Below the pieces are notes generated by a model. It was not told the DNA's origin, did not search any database, and was given only the letters and a program-made list of their open reading frames with translations. A stretch of 62,325 nt of DNA, counting the filler, from Sphacelaria rigidula (taxonomy: Eukaryota): the NCBI GenBank assembly GCA_964200075.2. It is 11 parts of 11 records of this genome, joined end to end, with 100 filler letters (N's around TTAATTAATTAA, not from the genome) between each part and the next. Parts side by side here need not be neighbours in the genome. Positions count along the whole stretch, not along the records: positions 11,351 to 16,925 come from CAXNAA020026187.1; positions 17,026 to 22,600 come from CAXNAA020026188.1; positions 22,701 to 28,275 come from CAXNAA020026189.1; 8 more parts are not named here. One strand, written 5' to 3'. The first letter of the stretch is position 1, and every line of letters starts with the position of its first letter. This document shows, piece by piece, positions 13,315 through 25,861 of this stretch. The translations under genes and the position numbers were made by a program.

Positions 13315-14073
13315 AGCGATTTCTCATGCGGGTTTCTCGAGTTAGACCGACTCTAATGGGAACCGTTCAAAATTCCTGGTTTTAAATGCCTTTTTGATCC
13401 TTCTCCATCGTTTTACGCCTGAAAAGAGGGCTAGGCGGATATCGACGCCTTGAAATGACTTGCTCTACTCATGGAGACCGTTCCAGGGAAACTTTACATG
13501 AACCGCTGGCCGCACTTTTATTCTTGGCCGAACACGGATTTTCAACGAAAAACGGTCAAGCGATCAAAATGCTGGGGGAAATTTTGATCACCTGACCGTC
13601 TTATACTGAAAACCCGTGTTTGGTCTGATTTGCCCAAAAATAAAAGTGCAGCCAGCGGGGAATGCAGAGTTACCCTTAAACGTTGTCAACGAGTAGAGCA
13701 AGTCATTCCAAGGCGTCAACATCCGCTTAGCCCCTCTTTTCGAGCGTAAATCGACGGAGAGGGGCCCAAAACGCAGTTTTCGACAGAAATTTCCAACGGC
13801 TCCCATTAGAGTTGGCCTCAGACCCTGAAATTTTGCACATGTGTGCTGTGGGATGTTGTGAAAAATCGTATGGATGTGTAATTTTTTTCTATTTCGCCGA
13901 AAATCTGGGGTCCCAAGGGTTTGGGGGGTCATGCAGCCTCCCAGTACCCCGGATTCCTGGCGAAAAAACAAGAAATCAGAAACCTTGTTCGAATAAAAAA
14001 GGTTTCGCAATATCCCACAGCACACCTGTGCGGAATGTCAGGGTCTAACTCGATTAACCCGCGTGAGGAATCG
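13315..14073. mobile_element. Large foldback element (same family as 1221-1656) with outer TIRs
   Basis: Outer gcgatttctcatgcgggtttctcgagttagacc and gggtctaactcgattaacccgcgtgaggaatcgc. The inner palindrome is centred near 13575. Confidence 0.75.
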
Positions 14074-14634
14074 CATGCGCGTGCGTTGGACTGTACACGT
14101 GTGCGCGGAACCCCTTAATTTCTTCATTACAGTACGAGTATAGCATTCCCCAACCTTTTTCTTGCGGGTTCAGCTTCCATGGGCCGTTTGGAATCAGTTT
14201 TTGGAGTCCCGCAACGAAACTTGGTAAGAACGTTCCACGGACTAACTCGGGCGACTAGTTATGTATATTTAACCTCCAGGCATTCAGTCCTGGCTTCTGG
14301 GGTCTAGCCGCCGGTTCAACCGGGAGCCGGTAGAGAGCGGATAAAAATTGAAATATTGCTAAACATTTCTTTGTTTCTTCATTCGGATCACTCTTCTATC
14401 AAACTGCCAAGTTTGAAAATGATCGGAGCTTTTCTACGACAGGTTTAGGGTACACCGTCAGGAGGCTTTCCAAGTGTTGGATTCATATCAGCAGTGAAAG
14501 CTGGACGACGCCATAACCCCGCCATCATCGAAATACCACGGTTTAGGGTATGATTCGATCCCATACAAACCGTTTCCGAGGATGTTTTTTGCGTTATATC
14601 TCCTAGCTGATGGCGATTACTGAGGTTTGATTCA

Positions 14635-14840
14635 CGGGATTGAGGCCCTGTCTTAGCACATGAGTTTTCGATCGAAATTGTGCGGTGGAAAACAAAAATC
14701 TCGATCTGATAGATCGTAATTTCAACCATCGTCGTTCATTTTGAATGTGGTTGAAATCATGGCCTATCAGATTAGGATTCTTGTTTCCCACGGCACTTTT
14801 TCGATCGAAAACTGATACGCTAAAACAGAGCCTGAGTCAA
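14635..14840. repeat. Imperfect palindrome, about 100-bp arms
   Basis: agttttcgatcgaaattgtgcggtggaaaacaa...atttcaacca pairs with tggttgaaat...ttgtttcccacggcactttttcgatcgaaaact. Confidence 0.6.
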
Positions 14841-16105
14841 AATTATGTGGGGATTCGTATTGTCAATTTCAGGGCAACTTGGAGGCCCCCTGATTGGTCG
14901 AGAAACATTTTTCACCTTGAGCACCACAGCGAAAGACGCACGAAAATTCTGACGACGTCACACTGTTCGTTTGTGAGTGTGGGTGGCCACACTCATACAA
15001 AGCATGTCTCTATCGGGTCAGTTTTGAAATTTGGGGCATTCACCATGAGCCACCTCGTACCGTCCGGCCGGAAAGTTCAAGGAAAGGTCCGTAGGTTTCT
15101 TCGGAGTACCAGGAGTATCGACACCCTTCAGTACCCGTACTCGCACTCTGCGGTGTGTGCTGAGCACCCCAACACCTTTAATTGGCGGATGTCGGATATC
15201 ATTCTCATCCATACTCTTGTACTACACTAGGTCTCTCCCGTTTCAGACATTTATCGAGGATCTGGGTACCGCAGGCTGGACAGAAACACTTCAAAACAAT
15301 TGCCCCATGTAAAGCTTTTGGTTTCCCATCCACCTGTACGTACCTACCCCGCCTTCTCGATCAGTCACAATTACCGTATTCGGGGCAAAATACATAAATA
15401 TATTACTCCCGAGGAAAATACCAGGAAACATTGTATAGAAACAGGAAAATATGTCAGCATGGTAGCAGAACATGGCTATTTCCCCCGTAGGCGACCATGT
15501 GCTTGTGGTTCCAGGAACTTGATATTTTCGGCTCCACTTTTTTCCGGCGAGGCCAGCTGCAACGTGGTGGTTTGTTGTAGGCGCCGAGAGCGCAGCTCGA
15601 TTGTGAAGATGAGTGTTTGCAGGATTATTGTGCTAGACAAGCTCAGGAAAAGGCAGCTCTCTGTGCGAATTCGTTACTAATTAACCCTTCGGCTTTGGCT
15701 GGACAGTCGGCTCCTACAGAGACCCACGCCCTTCGGACGTGCAGTACACGGGCATCGTATACTGCGTTCGCGCTGTACTACTTGGTGTACGTGGTGCGAC
15801 GTTGCTCCGATGTTGATGTTCGGCGGTTGCGCCGTCACTGGTCATGTTCCAGTGTTTTTTGGTCCTGTCTCAACTTGTAATGTAGTATGGTGTACACGAG
15901 CAGTTATGAGAATACAGCTGGGTAAGTTTTCTTTCTCGGTTCACAGGACTGTCGGTGCTCTGAATGTACTCTCCTGTTTCTTTTTGGACATGCCACAAAT
16001 ATGAAGTCACATATGACTCAGTGTACACCCCCTCCCCTCCCCTCTCCTGTATACTTCACCCCGCGTTGTATGTGTCTGTGTTCCTGCATCATATGTTTCG
16101 AACAG

Positions 16106-16139
16106 GGATCGGGGACGAAGCTGGGCGACATAGCCATCG
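16106..16139 (+). CDS. Possible 34-bp micro-exon of a DEK-like chromatin protein
   Basis: aacag|GGATCG...ATCG|gtgagt has strong splice sites. GSGTKLGDIAI resembles the GxGxKLxxI motif preceding the DEK SAP region, but it is too short to be sure. Confidence 0.3.
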
Positions 16140-17484
16140 GTGAGTTGATACACGAATGGAAAATGACCAGAACACAAGGAACTACGGTGGCCTCCTTCAG
16201 GGTTCTTGAAAGTACCGTTGGATGTGATTTGGATGATGATCTGAAGAACTTCGACGGCATACCTCAGTAGACGGCACAGACCAAAAGGCTCTGTTTTTGT
16301 TTTGTTTGTGCTTTTCCCCCGCCACACGTCTCACCTTGTGCGCGCGAAATATCCCTCGGTAGTCGGTCACGAGAGGGATTCGCGACAGAGTGTGATGACT
16401 TGTCCATTTTAGATTTCTCGTGTGTCGCTGCATTTACTGAGCTCCTTCGTCGTAGCATCACCTCTAATGTAATAGTTGGACGTTTACTCAGCACACCATG
16501 CACTAGCCTCCTCGTACCGTATGATTCTCAAGTATCCGTCATCATTGGACACGTCGATATACTAATGTACGTCACCTTGCGGGTGCGACGGACAAGCAGG
16601 TGAGATCCCATCTTGTCACTACCCATGAACCGTCGTCAAAAATAAAACACCCTCATCTTTTATCACATGCATGCCAAAATGTCATATTTCCTTTCCGTAC
16701 GGTCCCCTTGCAAGTAGTATCTGAAGACACCCAAAATCATAAGTGAACCGCAGCAAGTCATATTTCAAAGCACGATGGAACCTTGCGATTATTGCTCATT
16801 TGGTTGGCGGTATTTGGGGCCTTGAGTCTCGCCCGTAGTCGGACCCTGTGTTCATTTCTACTTGGCGTCGCGCGTCGAGTTGGAAAGCCGGGTGCCACCC
16901 CCTGAAGTCCGAATGGCCACCTGCGNNNNNNNNNNNNNNNNNNNNNNNNNNNNNNNNNNNNNNNNNNNNTTAATTAATTAANNNNNNNNNNNNNNNNNNN
17001 NNNNNNNNNNNNNNNNNNNNNNNNNGTATAAACGGCGCTGTGGATGTTCGACATTGCTGTCAGGAGAGCCCCGTAGATGTCGAAGGGCACAAACATATTC
17101 AGGGCTGGCGGGCGTTGCTAGTCTCGCCGCGTCTCGAACGAAAAATACAAGACGAGAATACAAGTCGATCTCGTCTCGTATTTTCTCACAAAATACAAGC
17201 CAGGATGGCCCATCTCGTATAATGTCCCCCGTCTCGTATTTTTTCCCCGAGAATCTCGTGAAATAACCAACCGTAAGTAGCCATCTTGTTGTTTTCACTC
17301 GTTATTTGCAAATAACGAGACGAAATAACCAACCGAAAGAAACGGCCTTATTCTTATTCTTATCCATTTTTTTTCTGTTCCTTCTTCTACGAGTGTTTCA
17401 GTTTTGCGTTTATTGAGTACGTCTAACATGTCACCACGGCTGGACCCTTGGGGGGTCAGCAAAAGTGCGACAATCGATCAACCA

Positions 17485-17519
<35 letters not shown>

Positions 17520-17832
17520 CTTCACATTAAAAAGTCGATCCGGTATCTGCGCAGTGCTGTACTGGGCATCTGACTCGGACGTCTTCCGTGGTCACAGGCA
17601 TCCATCCCATGTCAGGGTAAAAGGAAAACCAGGGAATAGAATCGGACTCACGAAAAATTCCCACAGACGCGATACAAGAAAAGCAAAACAAAATCAATAT
17701 CAGAAAATTTTGTATGTTTTCATATATCCTCTTGTCGAACGTTCACAGCCAATCACAGTCCGATGTTGCACTACTGTTGCATGTACGGTAGTGCAATGGT
17801 AATATTTTACTCGATTTGGAGGAATAACGTAC

Positions 17833-17970
17833 AAGTGGGATGTGGAACAAAGGCAGCGCAAGCGTGAACCATGTGTACAAACCTCCGGAATTGAGAGGGT
17901 CACGCAGGGTCGACCATGATCCCACACCTGTCAAGGCTGCTGCCGCTGAATCGTGATGAGAGCCCACGTT
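17833..17970 (-). CDS. Candidate internal exon, unknown (possibly membrane) protein
   Basis: aaatgcaacag|AAC...CTT|gtacgt, 138 bp, phase 0-0, open frame NVGSHHDSAAAALTGVGSWSTLRDPLNSGGLYTWFTLALPLFHIPL. No family recognised. Confidence 0.4.
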
Positions 17971-18970
17971 CTGTTGCATTTTGCATTATCTACTTCAGCG
18001 AAAACTATCGCGGGGGAACTTTTGCAATGGCTTGTCCAAGGAATTCCCTGGCAAGTGCCGGGATTTGATTTCAGCCACGGTGCGCCACACTAGACTGCAC
18101 AGTACCCTGATTTTTTAACAAAGGACGGGGGTTAACACCCCCTTGGTAGCCCTCCTATACTGTTCCTTGATACGAATGCGATAGGTGCCTGTCATACCCA
18201 ATGGTGGTGTATGTGTACACACCGCTCTGCATAATATATCTTCCGGAGTCGATACGCAAGTAATACTCCCGCTGCGCACCCCGCTTGTACAGTGCATCAC
18301 GTAAACGTAGAGTGCCCGCGCTTTACTGCGGCACCTACAAACACTGTCCAATCTACAGTAGTGCAAGTCCTGTGTGTTGTCTGTCAGTGCTGTAACGCTC
18401 TTGTGAGAGGGCTACAGCTATTAGCAGTGTTAAAATGCTCCGGTTAAATGTGGCTATGTCAACGTCTCTGCCTAGATGAAGAAAAGCTCGACACTCCCCA
18501 ATTTTCTTGCATTTTCCCAGAAAATACCACGTTGTTCTGGAGAGCCTTAGTGAAGCTACAACGACTGTACATGACAGCAAGTAGCCATCATCGCCCGACA
18601 ATCTTCGTCGTCGAGCATAAGTGCAGACGAAATGCTCAGTGTTCTGCGAAGTGTGCATGTCTCTGCTAAATCTCAAGGTCGGATCCTGCTAGCTGAAGCC
18701 TCGTCCGTACTCAGCACTGTTGGTTCTACTACTCACAACTTTCCCGATCTTGCTCCATGCCTGCTCTCCCGTTCTCTGGTGAGATTTACTGCTTGTAGAC
18801 ATCTGCTTCCGACCTCACACTCTGACGGCGAAAACCTCCTCAGACTACGATCTGGGACGAGTTCTCGCCCGTCCTCGTTTAAATGTATTTGCCCATCGCT
18901 CAGACCCGCTGTACCGGTTTGTTCCGCCTTGTACTTGGAACAACGACTTGTAACGACCGCAACAGCATTG

Positions 18971-19008
<38 letters not shown>

Positions 19009-20679
19009 TGGTAGGAGGTGGCAGCAGGCCGAAGTGGAAGCATGGAGGACAGCGGATCGAACAATCCTGCCCCCGTGACCTTTGCGTACCGTATGCTACG
19101 TGGGATGTTCACGGCGGGGCTAAAGGGCTTTTACAACACCGTAGAGGTGATCCAACAACAACAGCACACTTACACCGATGTTTGTTCCAACTCCCGGGCC
19201 CTTCGTGTATGGATGGCGTATTAATTAGTCTTGACGGCGCATAACACCCCCATCAATAGGGTGATGAACATTTGAGCCTCGTTTATCTCGGAGCGTACGG
19301 CGAATACACAAGATTCCGTGCCGCTTGCGGCCAGCTGAGAGGAAAACTCGTTATTGCAGCTATTCTGGAGTGCTCAATATGCGTCATTCCTCGAGAAAAT
19401 CGAGACTGAAATTCCCGTAAAAAAAGTCAGAATCAGCTGTAGACTGGGGGTGTTATACCTCGTCACGTTGCAACGGTAACATGACAGCTGGGGGGGGGCA
19501 CATGTATGTTTACTCCTGTATCCATAGCGTTCTCACCTTTACTGGAGCAAGTCGTGCTCAGTACAGTCTTCAGCGAGTGCCACCGTTATGATAGGGACTG
19601 CTGCAAGAGAATGTCAGATTCCTCTTCGTGCAAGCCAAAAACAGAGTGCCACACGTCATCACCCCGTTTTCACCCGCCTAGTTCTTCACTTTTAGAGGCT
19701 TTGCTCACAACCTACAAGTACATATAAGATGTTGATTCAAACACGGATACATAAGCGAACTCATCTTCGAATTGAAATAACAGAAGGTACATTGATCAGC
19801 AACACTGTGGAGAGTGCAAATTTCGTGGCGAATCCAACTATTTTACTGTAGGGCGAACTCGGATCTCAGCTTCGGGGCTGAATTGAAATTTTGAATTTTT
19901 GAAAATGGTCTCCCCCATAATGGATTATGGCTCCATTGGCACGTAGGTTGTCTTCGACGTAAAACGAGGGTGTCTACTACTGTAGCTGATCGAAATCCCC
20001 AAACCGGGGAACCATTTTGCGCAGTTGAAGGCGGGGCATAGTCCAAACTCTGGGTTATAGTTGAGTACAACCCGCCGAAATCGATCTTACGCCATCAAAT
20101 CCGGGCGATCAGACAGAAATTCTACTCGGAGGATAAATCGAGGATGTTTTGGAAAAATATATATATACGTATAATAAAGTGGTATCCAGGACCCCCCTCC
20201 CCCGCCCCCTCCCCCCGCCTCCGACCCCGCCCCCCACTGGCGGACCGAAAATATATATATATATATATTCAGTCGATTTTTCCTGGAATTTTCCACGACC
20301 CGTTGATGAATTTAACAACTTGGCATTTTGTTTTGGTGGCTCCATCTATCGTGACAAGATGCAACGCGTTGTGGTCTGGTCTTTCGATTGTGACTGTGAT
20401 GTATTATAATTCATGGCTGCATCTACGATAGTGTCGCGCAACAAATTGCTTGCGTGTGTGGATGCAGTCGGAACCAGGCAGGGGGATGGGCGTGACAAGT
20501 GAAAATCGGGCAGCATTTTCGATATATCATCTCCATTTGTATTTTTTTGTTGTCGTCCCATTTATTCTGGGCACCAGTCTACACCTTTCGGTGTATGTAT
20601 TATTTTTCTGCTAACTGCTGACTCCATCGCACCCCTCCCCCAGAGGTGGTGTGTGTTATTATGTGGTGTTTTTCCTGTC

Positions 20680-21112
20680 ATGCCTAGTATATTCGTACGC
20701 ATAGCTGTCCCTCCAGAGGGACAAGGCTAGAATCCCACGGCTCTTATCGCTTTGGCTGGCGATCGTGGCTCTCGAGTTTGGCTCCCTTCCTGTTCGGGCT
20801 CGCGTGTTGAGTGGACCAATGGGCCCTGCCTCCAGTAGCCCGAATAGTCGCATACCGCATCGGAACTTAGAGGGTTAGCAGTACTTCTTCTACCTTCCTC
20901 TTATTCTTATTTTCTAGGGGTTTTTTTCGTTCCTTTTTTTCTGTGTGTCGCATCTTTGTGAATGGTTTCTGGGTCTGATTTTATCTTATGATTTTCTTTT
21001 ACCCTAGCTTGGGGTAGTTAGCCTGTGACCACGGAAGGCGTTCGCATCAGATGCCCAGTACAGAGTACTGCGCAGATGTCGGAACGGTTTTTAATGCGAA
21101 GATAACAGCAAG
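20680..21112 (+). mobile_element. LINE-like 3' end, family B tail (also 7350-7440 -, 17486-17597 -, 53968-54077 +)
   Basis: A pyrimidine-rich UTR-like stretch is followed by cctgtgaccacggaaggcgt...aatgtgaagacaac and (AAC)n-type tails, repeated on three contigs. Confidence 0.6.
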
Positions 21113-21169
21113 AATCTCCCACAGGTGAGACTATTTTGCCGCAGCCTGTCGCAGCAGCCGAACATAATT

Positions 21170-21600
21170 GTAACTTGATTCACCAATCAAGCATCAACTG
21201 TACGATCAAGTAAACTCACTCAGCTATGCTAATATCAAATGACTTGGTTCAACTATAATCAGTTCAAGCAACTTGCCTCGGCTCGTCTGAAATTGAGTCA
21301 CGTGGTTTCCTGTACTCGGTTCAAGTAACATGCCTTCGCAATCTCAGATCAAGTCATTCGTCTCAGCTAGTCTAGAATCGAGTGTCGTGCTTCACCTACA
21401 CTCAGTTCAACTAAGTCGCCTCAGCTACTTTAATATCATGTGGCATGTTTCACATGTTGTATACTCTGATCGCTTGCCTCAGCTAGTCTACATCAAGTGA
21501 CGTGGTTCACCTATATTCAGTTCAAGTACCTTGCCCCCCCTCAACGATCATGTAGTTCGTCTAGTATAGGAATTAGTGTTGAGTACTTCACATGGAATGT
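21170..21600. repeat. Degenerate tandem repeat, unit of roughly 58-60 bp
   Basis: Recurring gcctcagctagtcta..atcaagtgacgtggttcaccta..ctcagttcaagta. Confidence 0.65.
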
Positions 21601-23699
21601 GGTATACCCTCCCCCTCCCCCTGAAGCACCGAAAATGAAAAAAATGGATTGCGTTTTTTTTTGTACACCCCTGGATGAATACAGTAACGGCAAAGGTAAT
21701 CCTAATCCTCCAGCTCCAGCCCATGGCATACCGAGAACCTCGGGCAAGCAGGGTGCAAAGGGTGTCTTGGGAGGCGCCGATTTGGACTATGGAACGCGTT
21801 CTGCGCACGCTAGGAAGCACGCGGGACTATCGGCCGCACAAAAAAGATCTGCACCTTGGTGATCAAGTGATATCGACCATGGTAGCATTGCCCCGGAAGC
21901 GTGACAATGCTCTCTTATCAATGGAGGCTTGTTTGTGCTCTACCGGGTGATTGATCCTTTGATTTGATTGATTGATTGTCGCACTTTAAATGACCCCCGA
22001 GGGGTCCAGCCGTGGTCTCATGATATCCTACCCCCCCCCCGGTTTAATTCAGGCCGTTTGTTTTTGTCTCCTCTCGTTCATTTTGATTCGTCTTCAACAT
22101 TTAACACACGCATACCACTGTACTAAAGTACGTCATATTTTGTGCGTGTTGTTTTGTTCGCTCGAGTATACACAACCCTCATCGTACCTACCGAAAGCGG
22201 TACGGTACCCACACCACAACAATACTTCCCTACACAGTAGAGTGGGAACATTAAACATTGGATCACCAAGTCCGTAGATCAGCATGGGTGGGCAGGTCCT
22301 ACGGCTTTTGACATCTCGCGTGTATACCACAAGGAAGCCGTGCTAGCGGTCGGGGCGTATTGGTTACCATGTGATGAACAAAACACGGTTGAACATTCCA
22401 AGAACACAGGAAAAAAATCGAAAAGGACCGAAATTTGCGTTCTCAGCACAGGGCCTCACCCAAGAAAAAGAGACCCTTCCCTGATAATGAATCGAGGGGT
22501 GAAGGCCTCCCGTATACTTCCTCTGTCCCATACACCCATGAGGCAGTGTAAAAGCCGTGGCTGTCTATGGATGTGGCGATACCACAGAATAAAGCAACTT
22601 NNNNNNNNNNNNNNNNNNNNNNNNNNNNNNNNNNNNNNNNNNNNTTAATTAATTAANNNNNNNNNNNNNNNNNNNNNNNNNNNNNNNNNNNNNNNNNNNN
22701 GAGGTGGAACGGTGCTCCGGCAAGAAAGTGAGTGGTGGTCCAAGGCCAAACGGCTAAGGGAAGGAACAGATGAGAACCCCCCCCCCCCCCCTCAAGAGTA
22801 GTTGGTTTCGAGAGGCAAAATGTACACGTGAATCGAAAGAAAGAAGCCGAGCACAGCGAGCAGCTGAGAAGTCCCACGCTTGGGTTCGTTTTCGACGATG
22901 TCGCCCATATGAGGCGCTTCATGCAGCCTGAAAACAAACATCGGGCGCTGTATGACCTTTTTCTTCGTCAACCGACGCCAACCCCCATCGGGGGTCCGCC
23001 CCTACAAAGCCGGGACAGAGCACGCCGGGTTCTCGCCGGACCAGGCTACGGTTTGGAAGGGGGGGGGCGCTATCGCACAAAGTATCTGGTGCCCGAATGT
23101 TCATCTACCTTCATCGGCGGGTTACGGTTGGGGTTAGGGTTAGAGTGTAGCTGGGTCAGTATATCAAATATTTGCATATATTATGGAAAGAGGAACTGAC
23201 GACGAAATTAAAGTCTTTGACCGCCTCTTGAAAAATAATCTCTTGCTAAATAAGAATCATTATCAGATCTCTTTCAAGTAAAAATGAACAGTGGTGAGTC
23301 ACTGGCGCGAAAGAGGGGTCAAACGGCTGAGAACGGCAGGTTCCGCACGTTAAATTCCCAGGAGGAAAAAGAAGTGAAGAGTGCCACGGAAACAGGTTGC
23401 GTTATTTCCGAGTAGGGAAACGTGAGATTCTGGTGGCTAGAGAAGTCATTGGGCCCAGAGTAAATTCCGCGGAGAAAAGGGCCATCGTGAAGGGAAACGG
23501 GAAAGTGCGGATAGAGGGCAAATTCCCAGAAAAAGACGGGAGAGCAGAAACGGAAGAGTGCAATACTGGCAGCTGGTGCGTTGGAGTGCGGAGGAATACT
23601 GCGCTGTCAGGCATCATCACTGTCACACCTGCGTGCAGGAATAGCATCTTCGGACAAACTTAATGAATAAGAATAATATATACATGAGGATGTGAGATT

Positions 23700-24840
23700 T
23701 GACACCCTGTCGAAAAATGCCTTTTTGGCTCTTTTTCGTCGATTTACACCCTAAAAAAAGGGCTAGGTATGTGTGTGTGTGTGTGGAGGGGGGGGGGGTG
23801 CTTATCCTTCAAGGAAGGAGGGAATCTTACCCAACCCAAACCCCTCAAGCGGGTTCGTGTGCCGATCGCCCGGAGGCTCGGCTATGCTGTCTCACGGCAT
23901 TCATGTGGGGTAGGCGCCTCGAGTGTTCGGAAGCTTTGCTTAAGGCAAGTGTGGGGTTCGTACCCACCAGAACCCCCTGTCAACTTGGCGCAGCGCACGC
24001 ACCGCCTTGCTCTCATCAGCTGCGGCCCTAGGGCTAGGCCGCTGTTCACACCTTGGAATGACCTGCTCTACTCTTTGAGACCCTTCGAGGGTATCTTCGC
24101 ATTTTCTGGTTACCGCGGGCTTTTGGAGGGCCAAGCTTGCATTTCCAGCAACAAACGGTCAAGTTATCAACAACAGGGAAAAGCTGCTAGTTTTTTTATA
24201 ACTTGACCGTTTCTTATTGAAAACGCAAGTTTCCCCCCCCCCAAAAAAAAACTGCGGTCACTGGAAAACACGAAGATGCCCTGGAATGGCCTCAACGTGC
24301 AGAACGCGTAATTCCAAGGCGTCAACACCCGCCAAGCCCTCTTTTCGGGCGTAAAAAGTGGCCTGCGGATATTGACACCTTGGAGTGACTTGCTCCACTC
24401 GTTGAGGCGGCCACTTCTCACGTGTTGAAAATAACTTGGTTGAAAATCGCCTTTTCGGTCGTTCTGCGTCATTTTACGCCCGAAAAGAGGGCTTGGCGGG
24501 TGTAGATACCTTGAAACTATTCGCTCTTCTCGGTGAGGGTGTTCCAGGCCACGTTTGCGTTTTCCGGTGGCCGCATTTGTTTTTGTGGCCGAGCTTGCAT
24601 TTTTTCAAAAGTAAGGGTCAATTATCAAGAAACTGGCAATTTTTCCCCCTGTTTTTGGATCACGTGATCGCTTGTTGTTGAAAATATAATTGGCAAAACA
24701 AAGAAAAGTGCGGCCACCGGCAAACGCAACTGTATACTGAAACAGCCTCAGCGAGTAGAGCAAGTCATTCCAAGGTATCAACGTCCGCCTAGTCCTCTTT
24801 TCGGGCGCAAGGCGACGGAGGAAAACCAAAAAACAGTTTT
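23700..24840. mobile_element. Cluster of nested foldback arms (1221-1656 family) with an inserted repeat at 23806-23960 that recurs at 38030-38180
   Basis: Repeated ccttggaatgacttgctctactc and gagtagagcaagtcattccaagg arms in both orientations. Confidence 0.7.
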
Positions 24841-25861
24841 CTACATTTTACATTTTTTACAAATGAGAAGTGTATCTAGTGCCTCGGGTCGTAAAATATT
24901 GAGTTTAGTATGAATTATTGTATGCGCCATATCTCTAAATAGAAAAGGGATTTCGTAGGTGAAGGTGAGCATCAGTCGTTTCACCGTGCTCCAGGAAATG
25001 TTCACACCAAAAGTCATCATTGTCAGCTGTACATGTTGTTCAGGGTTCTGGCGAGCTGCGTTTCCCTTCACCCCCAAGCATTGAGTTGCATAGATGAAAA
25101 ACGCGACATTCTGCGTGAGAATCGACGTTGTAACCGTCAACGAACCCACCGAAGACCTCCGGTTGCCACTTGTTGTCAGTATTACTCATAGGATCGTACT
25201 GAGGACGGCGTCTGTCCCTTTTCTTTGGGGGGGGGGGGGGGCATATATATGTTCGTGTTCTGTCCTTCAAGCGGCAGGATAATTTGATACAAAAGCTCCC
25301 TACTCTCCATATTGACCATGCACCAGATTCAGGAGACCTGAACATCCAGGTCAGCTGGAGGCCCGAATGGCCGGAAAAGTTCAGTATAGTCAGCTCAGGT
25401 GGTAAGAGTCCGGATTATGTACTGAGATTAACTTCCCCCCACTTCCCTCCGGCTTTGTAGGGATGCGAGGTCAATGGTCTTATGACTATGGCATGCATGA
25501 TCATGAGTACACCCCTCGCCCCCCCTTCCTTCCCCCCCGTATGGAAGGAGCATAATGAGCGCCCAAATGTTGGAGGTGACTCTGTTAGGAGTAGGAACGG
25601 TGCTCCGTCTCGAAAGGGGTGCGTGGTCAATGGTCGAACGACTAAGGCAAGCAACAAATACGTACGTCCCCCTCCCCCCCATAATACTGCTCCAAGTGAT
25701 CGGGCTGCAGGCGATCGGGTCGTTAGATACTGTTTTGGCCCAGATCCTTAAACTGCGAGAGACAATCTGAAGAGCCATACCAGTAACTCAACTGTCCATA
25801 TGAATGTACTTTTCTGAGTATGTGCTGGAAGCACAAAGCAGTGTGTTGCTGAAGCAGTTGA

